Shown here: piece after piece, positions 1-10,200 of the stretch
Layout: each line of letters begins with the position of its first letter
How positions within the stretch are numbered: position 1 is the stretch's first letter
Source of the DNA: Longimicrobiales bacterium
GTDB taxonomy: Bacteria > Gemmatimonadota > Gemmatimonadetes > Longimicrobiales > Gaopeijiaceae
DNA: 64,000 bases
Assembly (NCBI GenBank): GCA_965204735.1
Contig: OZ242008.1
Coordinates: 352,001 to 416,000, forward strand
Reading direction: 5' to 3'
Notes under the pieces: model-generated
Database searches by the model: none
Told to the model about the DNA's origin: nothing
Seen by the model: only the letters and a program-made list of their open reading frames with translations
Program-made: the position numbers and the translations under genes

Positions 1-694
1 CCCCGATCATCCCCCTGTTGGTGTCCGGCACGGCCCGCCCGGCGGACACCAGGTCGAAGCGGTCCAGGCCGGCAAGTTCGTCCCCGCTGGAGAGCACGCC
101 CACCCGGGGCCGCCGGAAGACGGGGACGGCGGCGCATCCGCTGGCGAGGAGGACCGGAAGCGAGCCGGAGTGGACCACCGTCCCGACCGGAACGGTCTCG
201 TCTCCGACCTTCATGTCCTGGCCCGGGGGCCGGACGTGCCTGCCCGAGTCGCTCACGTCGTGGACCGTCACGAAGCCGTCGCTGGAGCCGTCTCCCTCGC
301 CCGCTTCGCCGTCCGTGTGCTCCACGCGGATCACGGTGTCGAAGCCGTCGGGCAGCGGAGCGCCCGTCATGATTCGCACGGCTGCCCCCCGCGGGACCGC
401 CCCAAGCGGCTCGTCGCCGGGGTAGGCCCGGCCGGCGACCGGCAGTCGAAGGGGAACGCCGTCCGCCGTCGACCGGTCCGCCAACTCCGCGCTCCGCACG
501 GCGTAGCCGTCCATCGCGCTGTTCGGCCACGCCGGCAGGGTGGCGCCCGCCGCCAACGGAACCGCCACCGACCGTCCCAGCGCCTCCTCGAGAGGGACCG
601 TCTCCGTGGGCATCGGAGCTGCGGCGGCCACCACGCGCCCCAGCGCTTCCTGGTACGAAAGCCAGTCGGCAGCCAAGCGCTCGAAGTCGGCCAT
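1..694 (-). CDS. moeA: Molybdopterin molybdotransferase MoeA, N-terminal part (runs off the left edge of the window)
   Basis: Manual minus-strand translation from ATG at 694: MADFERLAADWLSYQEAL...TLPAWPNSAMDGYAVRS...AVRIMTGAPLPDGFDTVIRVE...VGVLSSGDEL. SAMDGYA, IMTGAP and SSGDEL are MoeA motifs. Absent from the ORF track because the stop lies outside the window. Confidence 0.93.
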   Translation of the reverse strand, partial: MADFERLAADWLSYQEALGRVVAAAAPMPTETVPLEEALGRSVAVPLAAGATLPAWPNSAMDGYAVRSAELADRSTADGVPLRLPVAGRAYPGDEPLGAVPRGAAVRIMTGAPLPDGFDTVIRVEHTDGEAGEGDGSSDGFVTVHDVSDSGRHVRPPGQDMKVGDETVPVGTVVHSGSLPVLLASGCAAVPVFRRPRVGVLSSGDELAGLDRFDLVSAGRAVPDTNRGMIG

Positions 695-709
695 TGCCCG
701 GCGACCCCG

Positions 710-1462
710 TCAGAACTGGAAGGCGGCCCCGAGCGTGAACCCGAGCCCTCGGACCCACTCCCGCTCTGCCACGCCTTCCAGGCCCTTCGACGGATCGCCG
801 AAGCCGTCCGGCGTGCTCAGCCGCCACAGCTTCATGCTCCCTTCAAGCCACAGCGTGACCCTGCGCGCGGGCGCGATCCGAACTCCCGCTCCCGTCGACG
901 CCGTGAACGTCGTTCCCATCTCGAAGCGGTCCTCGGGCTGGAGCGCCTCTTCCGCTTCGCCGAGGCCCGCCGCGTCGAGGGCGGTGCCGACGCCTGCGAA
1001 GAGGTGAGGCGCGAACCTGCGCCAAGTCCGCCGGCCCGTCACGCTGAAGGCGAGGCGCGCGTCGACCATGAGCAGGTGAACGTCCGTCTCGCCGATCCTC
1101 CGGTCTCCGTCGGCCCGGCGCGGATCCACCACGTCGCGGGTGGTGGGCGCGTAGGAAAGAAGTCCCTCGGCGAAGAGGGGACCGCTGAGCTCGATGGCGT
1201 ACCGGCCGCCGGCGTAGGGCGCCGACTTGGGTCCAAGTTTCCAGCGTCCTCGGGTCGTGCTCAAGTAGCCCCCGAAGACCCCGGCCCCCTGGGCGTCCTC
1301 CAGGTAGCGGTACGAGGAGGGGATGCTCTGGCCGGCGGCCGGGCTCGGTGCGAAAGGGCCCAGGCAAAGTGCCGAGGCGATCAGCCGGGAGAGAGCCCGA
1401 ATCGTCCGGCGAGAGACACGGGTCGTCCGGTCGGCAGTCGTCAAGTCGGCGGAAGCTGGCAT
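710..1462 (-). CDS. Exported small outer-membrane beta-barrel-like protein
   Basis: Signal-peptide-like segment (LIASALCLGPFAPSPAAGQ), amphipathic beta-strand pattern, C-terminal GFTLGAAFQF beta-signal. ATG 1462 chosen as start because it lies just after the upstream gene's stop at 1467. Confidence 0.65.
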   Translation of the reverse strand: MPASADLTTADRTTRVSRRTIRALSRLIASALCLGPFAPSPAAGQSIPSSYRYLEDAQGAGVFGGYLSTTRGRWKLGPKSAPYAGGRYAIELSGPLFAEGLLSYAPTTRDVVDPRRADGDRRIGETDVHLLMVDARLAFSVTGRRTWRRFAPHLFAGVGTALDAAGLGEAEEALQPEDRFEMGTTFTASTGAGVRIAPARRVTLWLEGSMKLWRLSTPDGFGDPSKGLEGVAEREWVRGLGFTLGAAFQF

Positions 1463-1466
1463 TGGG

Positions 1467-2591
1467 CTACTCCGAGCAGACCCACGGATTCGCGACAAGC
1501 CATTCCAGCAGAGCCTCGGCGGCCCACTGGTGGCCCTGGGGGTTCCAGTGGTAGTCCTCTGACCAGTGGGCGTCGCTCTCTTCTCCACCCTGGCGCAGGA
1601 TGTAGTCGAGCTGGTCTACGACGGGGATGTCGCGGGAAGCCGTCAACCGTCTCAACTCCGTCCGGAACTGCCAGTTGACGCCTATGGAGTGCGTCGACAG
1701 GGCGACGAGATGCGCGCCGGCGCTGTCGGTTCGCGCCCGCCATTGGTCGACGGCGAAGACCGTCGGCTCCCACCTGTCCTTGCGCAAGGGCGCTGGAGGT
1801 CCGTTCGCTTCGTCTTCCTGCTTGCGAAGCATCCGGGCGGCGTGGTGGCGCCTCCAGATCACCCTGCGGTACTGGTGTCTGAACCAATAGGACGAGTACT
1901 CCGGAAGCACGCCCGAAACGAACTCCGCCGAGGCCCATAGGACTCCGGTGCCCTGCTGCGGCCACTTGAACCCTCGCGGCGAGGCAGGGTTGGCGCGTGG
2001 GTGGACTACGATCTCGAAGCCGTCGCCGCCTTCTCGTCGTTCGGCGGAGACGAGGTTCGACTGGTTCTCGTTCTCCCCGAAGTCGTTGAAGACGAAGACC
2101 AGGACGAGCAGCTTCGGTGGACGGTGTCGTATCCACTTGTCCCACCAAGGGAGCTGAGCGACTTGGCCGGTGCCCTTGAAGCCGTAGGCCGCCGTGGTGA
2201 CGTCCAGTTCGGGGAGGCGCTCGGCGGCCATGCGCTCCAGCCGAATGTGGAACTTGTCGTCGAGGCCGACTTCGGAAGCGTGGACGTAGGAATCGCCGAC
2301 GACGGCCACGTGGCAGCTTTCCTTGGCGCGCTCCGGGCTGATCGGCTCCCGGTCGAGGAAGCCGAGGCTGTTGGCCCGCGCGACGTTCCAGACGTCCTTG
2401 TGGTCGGTTCTCTGCACCTTCGAGTAGGGCTTCAAGAGCTTTCCCACCCCGGGGACGACCTCCGTGAAGGAGAGGACTTCCGAGAACGGCCGAGTCGCCC
2501 GCAGGTACGCTTCGCCGCCGGCGACCACCGCCAACACGGCTGCCACCAGGCCGAAAGCGTTCCAGAGGACAGTCCGCCCGAATGCCTTCAC
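1467..2591 (-). CDS. Membrane-anchored SGNH/GDSL-family hydrolase or acetyltransferase (AlgJ/AlgX-like), downstream copy
   Basis: N-terminal TM helix, block I VVGDSY, block V DYHWNPQGH. The GTG start at 2591 overlaps the TGA of the upstream copy (GTGA). Confidence 0.8.
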   Translation of the reverse strand: MKAFGRTVLWNAFGLVAAVLAVVAGGEAYLRATRPFSEVLSFTEVVPGVGKLLKPYSKVQRTDHKDVWNVARANSLGFLDREPISPERAKESCHVAVVGDSYVHASEVGLDDKFHIRLERMAAERLPELDVTTAAYGFKGTGQVAQLPWWDKWIRHRPPKLLVLVFVFNDFGENENQSNLVSAERREGGDGFEIVVHPRANPASPRGFKWPQQGTGVLWASAEFVSGVLPEYSSYWFRHQYRRVIWRRHHAARMLRKQEDEANGPPAPLRKDRWEPTVFAVDQWRARTDSAGAHLVALSTHSIGVNWQFRTELRRLTASRDIPVVDQLDYILRQGGEESDAHWSEDYHWNPQGHQWAAEALLEWLVANPWVCSE

Positions 2592-3727
2592 GAGAACCCC
2601 GAGCAGACCCACGGATTCGCGACAAGCCATTCCAGCAGCGCCTCGGCGGCCCACTGGTGGCCCTGGGGGTTCCAGTGGTAGTCCTCCGGCCAGTGGGCGT
2701 CGCTCTCTTCTCCACCCTGGCGCAGGATGTAGTCTAGCTGGTCTACGACGGGGATGTTGCGGGAAGCCGTCAACAGTCTCAACGCCGTCCGAAGCCGCCA
2801 GTTGACGCCTATGGAGTGCGTCGACAGGGCGACGAGATGCGCGCCGGCGCTGTCGGTTCGCGCCTGCCATTGGTCGACGGCGAAGACCGTCGGCCCCCAC
2901 TCGTCCTTGCGCAGGGGCGCTGGAGGTCCGTTCGCTTCGTCTTCCTGCTTGCGAAGCATCCGGGCGGCGTGGTCGCGCCTCCAGATCACCCTGCGGTACT
3001 GGTGTCTGAACCAATAGGACGAGTACTCCGGAAGCACGCCCGAAACGAACTCCGCCGAGGCCCACAGGACTCCGGTGCCCGGTCGCGACCTGAAAAAGTT
3101 TCGCGGCGAGGCAGGGTTGGCGCGTGGGTGGACTACGATCTCGAAGCCGTCGCCGCCTTCTCGTCGTTCGGCGGAGACGAGGTTCGACTGGTTCTCGTTC
3201 TCCCCGAAGTCGTTGAAGACGAAGACCAGGACGAGCAGCTTCGGTGGACGGTGTCGTATCCACTTGTCCCACCAAGGGAGCTGAGCGACTTGGCCGGTGC
3301 CCTTGAAGCCGTAGGCCGCCGTGGTGACGTCCAGTTCGGGGAGGCGCTCGGCGGCCATGCGCTCCAGCCGAATGTGGAACTTGTCGTCGAGGCCGACTTC
3401 GGAAGCGTGGACGTAGGAATCGCCGACGACGGCCACGTGGCAGCTTTCCTTGGCGCGCTCCGGGCTGATCGGCTCCCGGTCGAGGAAGCCGAGGCTGTTG
3501 GCCCGCGCGACGTTCCAGACGTCCTTGTGGTCGGTTCTCTGCACCTTCGAGTAGGGCTTCAAGAGCTTTCCCACCCCGGGGACGACCTCCGTGAAGGAGA
3601 GGACTTCCGAGAACGGCCGAGTCGCCCGCAGGTACGCTTCGCCGCCGGCGACCACTGCCAACACGGCTGCCACCAGGCCGAAAGCGTTCCAGAGGACAGT
3701 CCGCCCGAATGCCTTCACGAGAACCCC
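1472..3727. repeat. Tandem direct duplication with a 1127-bp unit (1472-2600 and 2599-3727)
   Basis: Sequence from 1472 (ccgagcagacccacggattcg) recurs at 2599 and stays colinear throughout; duplicated shadow ORFs in the track are offset by 1127. Confidence 0.97.
2588..3718 (-). CDS. Membrane-anchored SGNH/GDSL-family hydrolase or acetyltransferase, upstream copy
   Basis: Same motifs (VVGDSY, DYHWNPQGH). GTG 3718 is equivalent to the downstream copy's start, offset 1127 bp. Confidence 0.8.
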   Translation of the reverse strand: MKAFGRTVLWNAFGLVAAVLAVVAGGEAYLRATRPFSEVLSFTEVVPGVGKLLKPYSKVQRTDHKDVWNVARANSLGFLDREPISPERAKESCHVAVVGDSYVHASEVGLDDKFHIRLERMAAERLPELDVTTAAYGFKGTGQVAQLPWWDKWIRHRPPKLLVLVFVFNDFGENENQSNLVSAERREGGDGFEIVVHPRANPASPRNFFRSRPGTGVLWASAEFVSGVLPEYSSYWFRHQYRRVIWRRDHAARMLRKQEDEANGPPAPLRKDEWGPTVFAVDQWQARTDSAGAHLVALSTHSIGVNWRLRTALRLLTASRNIPVVDQLDYILRQGGEESDAHWPEDYHWNPQGHQWAAEALLEWLVANPWVCSGFS

Positions 3728-3746
3728 AATGCCTTCACGAGAACCC
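3708..3746. repeat. 20-bp tandem repeat AATGCCTTCACGAGAACCC(C) x2 over the SGNH start codon
   Basis: Read directly at 3708-3727 and 3728-3746; a third copy is at 2581-2600 as part of the gene duplication. Confidence 0.9.
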
Positions 3747-3950
3747 AAGGAACACGGTTGCACGGATCGTGAACGAATATAATCTCATCAATCAGAACCC
3801 ATGGGGCGCGGAGCGCCGTAGTCGGGGGAGACCGGCGACGGTCGGCGGATCCAGGCCCCAGCGACGCTGAACGGTCGTGCGGGCTGCGACGCTGGTAGAG
3901 TCCACAAGACGGAACGGCTCCGCCGGAACCGGCCCGGCGGCGAAGGGAGC

Positions 3951-4772
3951 ATGGAGCGGATGCGGTGTTCCACGTGCGGGGAGACGGTGCGCGGCGGCGA
4001 GGACCGCTGTCGCACTTGCGGGTCGGTCGTGGCGCAGCGGCCGGCGCCGGTCTCCTACAGGCAGATCCGCCAGTGCTCCCGCTGCGGGTACCGCGGCGAC
4101 CCGATACACTACTTCCGCAAGGCCGGGAACATCGGCCTTCTCGTGGGGATCAGCGCCTTCACCTACGGCATCGGCGGCCTGGTCTACTACGCGCTCCGGC
4201 GGACTCACGAAGTGTGCCCCAGCTGCGGCGTCGGCTGGGAGCACGCCCGGGAACCCGGCGCCGCCCTGGTGGACGCGCCCCAAGCCCCGTCCTCGCCCGC
4301 CGACCCCGCCCAGGCGGCCCCTTCGGTTCCGCAACGCCCGCCGAAGCTTCCGCCCAGCGGCGTGGGCAGGCGAGTCTTCGGCGGCGGGCTCGCCGTGCTG
4401 GCCACGACCCTGATCACCGCCGGAGTCGCCACCGGCGTGTTCGAGCCCGTCATCGTGGGCTCCGTGTCCGGGATGGCGGGCTCCGGGCTCTTCCTGTGGG
4501 GATGGAAGGCGCTTCAGCGTCGCCGCCACGCCGTCCTGCAAGCCCTCAACCGCAAGGTGCTTCTGCTCGCGACCCAGCGGCAGGGCGTGCTCACGGTGAC
4601 GGAAGTCGCCGCCGAGCTGAACCTCTCCCTTCCCATGGCGGAGAAGATCATGAACGGCATGGACGACGGACTCAGGGTCCGGTCCGACGTGAGCGACGAG
4701 GGAATCATCTACTACGAATTCCCCGAAGTGCGGCACCGCAAAGCGCTCCGAACCGGCGAGCAAGGCCGCTAG
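3951..4772 (+). CDS. Membrane protein: zinc ribbon, CxxC-hydrophobic-CxxC domain, two TM helices, C-terminal winged helix
   Basis: CSTC/CRTC, then CSRC...hydrophobic stretch...CPSC, a Pro-rich linker, two hydrophobic helices and LTVTEVAAELNLSLPMAEKIM...EGIIYYEFPE. GGGAG RBS-like sequence before the ATG. Confidence 0.8.
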   Translation: MERMRCSTCGETVRGGEDRCRTCGSVVAQRPAPVSYRQIRQCSRCGYRGDPIHYFRKAGNIGLLVGISAFTYGIGGLVYYALRRTHEVCPSCGVGWEHAREPGAALVDAPQAPSSPADPAQAAPSVPQRPPKLPPSGVGRRVFGGGLAVLATTLITAGVATGVFEPVIVGSVSGMAGSGLFLWGWKALQRRRHAVLQALNRKVLLLATQRQGVLTVTEVAAELNLSLPMAEKIMNGMDDGLRVRSDVSDEGIIYYEFPEVRHRKALRTGEQGR

Positions 4773-4989
4773 CCGGCGTCGCTGGCCTTTCAAGCGTGCG
4801 GGGGGCTGGCGTCCAGGAGGATGCGGGCCGGCGTCCGGGGATGCGGCGCCGCTCCCGAGCGCTATATTGGTTCGCTGGGCCTGCGGGTCGCTCCGACTTT
4901 GCCGTCCGACCTTGCCATGGGACCGATCTCGCCGGCACGGCCCCGTGGCACAAGCACTCAATAACCGACGCAGGTGCAGAGAGGAGCCC

Positions 4990-5241
4990 GTGCGAGAGTT
5001 CGTCGACGCCAGTGGGAAGCCGTGGGTCGCCAACGTCGCCGAGGATGCGGGGGGCGACTACAAGGGACGCTTCTTCATGGTCCTGGAAGCTGCCGACGGA
5101 AGCGAGTCCGCGTCGCTGACGGACGTGCGCTGGAACTCGCTCAGAACCGCCCATCGGACGTTGGCCACCATGTCGGACGTCGAGCTGCGGCGCCGACTGC
5201 GCTCCGCCACGGGACGAGCCGCTCCCAGGCCCCTCCTCTAG
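4990..5241 (+). CDS. Small hypothetical protein (83 aa)
   Basis: GAGGAG RBS followed by GTG at 4990, in frame with ORF 4867-5241; typical codon usage; ends 19 bp before acs. Confidence 0.7.
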   Translation: MREFVDASGKPWVANVAEDAGGDYKGRFFMVLEAADGSESASLTDVRWNSLRTAHRTLATMSDVELRRRLRSATGRAAPRPLL

Positions 5242-5260
5242 GGTCGGTTCGCGCCTGGCC

Positions 5261-7225
<1,965 letters not shown>

Positions 7226-7232
7226 GGGCCGG

Positions 7233-10200
7233 ATGGGAGTCGCCGGCCCGGTCCCGGCCGCGAGCACGGCGGAGCTCCTGGGCAGGTCTCGCCAGGAGCT
7301 GCTGGACCTGACCCTGCGCAACCCGCTGCTCTCGTTCCGGTCCCTGAAGGCGAAGGGCGTCGACGTCGTCGACGAGCTCCCCTGGGAAGTCTTCCGAATG
7401 CTGGTCGGCGAAGAGAAGTCGATGTACTTCGAGGCTGCGCCGGAACCCGACTCCGCCGCGTCCGAGTCCGAAGCCCAAGCCGAGGGCGACGACCCCCCGC
7501 CGGAGCTGCTGGCGCTGATGGCCGAGTCCCCGCCGAACGGCGACGGCCCCGCGGACCGGCACGTGGACAACCGGCTCCAGACGGCTCACGACTCGGTCCG
7601 GCTGGAGGTGAGGCTGCGCAACACCATGCGCCACGCGGCGTCTTCGATCGAAGAGCAGGGCGTCAACATCCTCTACTTGGCGCTGGGGATGCTGGAGTGG
7701 TACGAATCCGAGGCAAGCGAGACCGCCCGGTCGGCGCCGCTGGTTCTCGTGCCCGTGGAGCTTTCGCGCGCAACCGCCCGGGCGCGCTTGAAGGTGCAGT
7801 GGACCGGCGAGGAGGTGGGCGCCAACCTCTCCCTTGCGACCAAGCTCATGGGCGACTTCGACGTCGCGCTGCCGCACTTCGAGGACGGCGAAGAGCTGGA
7901 CGTGGCGGAGTACTTCCGGCAGGTCGGCGAGGCCGTTGCCCACAAAGACCGCTGGAGCGTGGACGACCGAGCCGTGCGACTGGGCTTCTTCTCCTTCAGC
8001 AAGCTGCTGATCTACCAGGACTTGGACCCCGCCGTGTGGCCGGCGGAGGAGGGGCCGGCGGGGCACCCGGTGGTGAAGGCCCTCTACGGCAGCAGCGGCT
8101 TTGCCGAGGACCCGCCTTCGATTTCCGAGGACGACAACCTGGACGACCACTTGGCCGTCGCCGACGTCCACAACGTCCTGGACTCGGACAGCTCCCAGAA
8201 CCTGGCGATCGTGGACGCCCAGAACGGGCGCAACTTGGTCGTGCAGGGACCGCCGGGGACGGGCAAGTCGCAGATGATCACGAACTTGGTCGCCGAGGCC
8301 GTGGCGCGGGGCAAGACCGTGCTCTTCGTGGCGGAGAAGTTGGCCGCCCTCAAGGTGGTGAAGCGCCGACTGGACAGCGTGCACGTGGGCGACGCCTGCC
8401 TGGAGCTGCACAGCCATACCGCCAACAAGCGCACTCTGCTGGACGAGCTGCGACGCACGATGGCGCTGGGCGAGCCCCGCCTGGAGGACCCCGCCGGCGA
8501 CCGGGCGCTGCTCGAGGACCGGCGGAAGCGACTGAACGACTACTCCCGGGCGGTCAACGAGCCCGTCGGCGAGAGCGGTCTCTCTCCCAACGAGCTGATC
8601 GGCAAGCTGGCGCTCGCCGAAGGCCGCGCCGCGCCCCGGCTCCAGCGGCCCCGGCTCCAGGTCGCGGACGCCGCTTCTTGGCGCCGCGAGGACTTCCTGG
8701 TCGCCGGCGAGACGGTGCGCGAAGCCCAGGACCTGGTCGCCGCGGTCGGCGTGCCTCGCGAGCACGTGTACTGGGGGAGCCGGCGCCGACAGTACCTGCC
8801 CACCGACGAGCGGACCGTCTCCGAGAGCTTGGCCGCGTCCACGGCGTCGCTGAAACGGCACCGGCAGGACGTCGCCGCCCTCCGCGGCCTCGTGGACGCC
8901 GACGTGGAGGCCGAGACGGCCGCCCAAGTCGAAGCCTTCTTGCTCGCGGCGAGGCGCGTCGTGCAGGCGCCCGACTTGTGCGGCGCGGACCACCGAAGCC
9001 CGGAGTGGACGGCCCAGGCCGAGAGCGTGCAGGAGGTGGTCGCCCACCTCCGGGAGCTGGCCGGCCTCCGGTCCAGGTACGCCCCCGTCCTGATCCCGGA
9101 AGCGTGGGACGCCAACGTCCTTTCCTGCCGCCAGGCCGTGGCGGCCTACGGCGGCAAGTGGTGGCGCAGCCTCTCGGGGCGGTACCGAAGAGCCAGCAGC
9201 GAGCTTCTCGGCATGTGCAGGAGCGACGCGCCCCGGAGCCCGAAGGAGCAGCTGGCCGTCCTGGACGCCATCCTTCGCGCCAAGCGGCTCCGAAGCGGCG
9301 TCGACCGGGTGCGGGAGTTGGTCGGCGGGCTCTTTCCCGGTCATCGCTTGGGCGACCTGGCGGCGGGCGACGTGGCGGCGGGCGACCCAGGACGCTGGAA
9401 CGCGCTCTGCCAGGCCGCCGAGTGGCTCCTTGTCCTGCACCGCGATGCAGGAACGGGAAAGGTGTCGCGCGTCGCGCTGGACCTGCTGGACACGCCCGTC
9501 GCGCGCGGCCCCTTGGAGGCCGCCGAAAGGGCTTGCCGGGAGTCCGCAAAGACGCTGGCCGACTCGCTGGCCGCCCTGTCGCAGGTTCTGGAGTGGGACG
9601 GAGAGCGGCGTGCGCCGGACGCCGACCCCCTGGACCGCGGCTTCCGCGAGCTGGAGCGCTGGCTGGAAGACGCCGCCCGTCGCCCCGGCGCGTTGCAGGA
9701 AGTGGCCCGGTTCAACCAGGTCGCCGCCCGACTTGCGGAGTCCGGCTTGGAGAGCGTCGCGGAGGCGGCCGCCTCGTGGCCTGGCGCGGGCCGGCGCCTG
9801 GTCGGCCTTTACGAGCGCCGCTTCTACCGGGCTTGGCTGGAGCGCGCGTTTCAGGAACGCCCGATCCTGGCGGAGTTCGACGGGGGCACCCACGAAGGGA
9901 TCGTCGAGCGCTTCCGGCGGCTGGACTCCGACAGGCTCCTGCACAACCAAGCGCTGGTCGCCAAGCTCCACTGGGATCGCGTTCCCCGAAGCCGCGGCGG
10001 CGGCCAGCTGGCGGTGCTGAGGCGCGAGTTCGAGAAGAAGCGCCGCCACCTGCCCGTGCGCAAGCTCATGACCAGGGCGGGAAACGCCATCCAGGGCATC
10101 AAGCCGGTCTTCATGATGAGCCCTCTCTCGATCGCGAAGTACGTTCCGCCGGGGTCGCTGCGCTTCGACATGGTGATCTTCGACGAGGCCAGCCAGGTGC

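Noticed and set aside
1467..3275. 602-aa ORF as a single fused protein
   Set aside because: Its first ~228 aa are an off-frame reading of the upstream SGNH copy; the real gene begins at GTG 2591.
1472..3727. SGNH duplicate pair as a diversity-generating retroelement TR/VR
   Set aside because: Differences are not adenine-specific, the whole gene is duplicated, and no reverse transcriptase is in the window.
3758..3783. TTGCAC...TATAAT as a sigma70 promoter
   Set aside because: The spacer is only 14 bp. The AT-rich patch probably holds -10 elements for the divergent genes, but a full promoter cannot be called.
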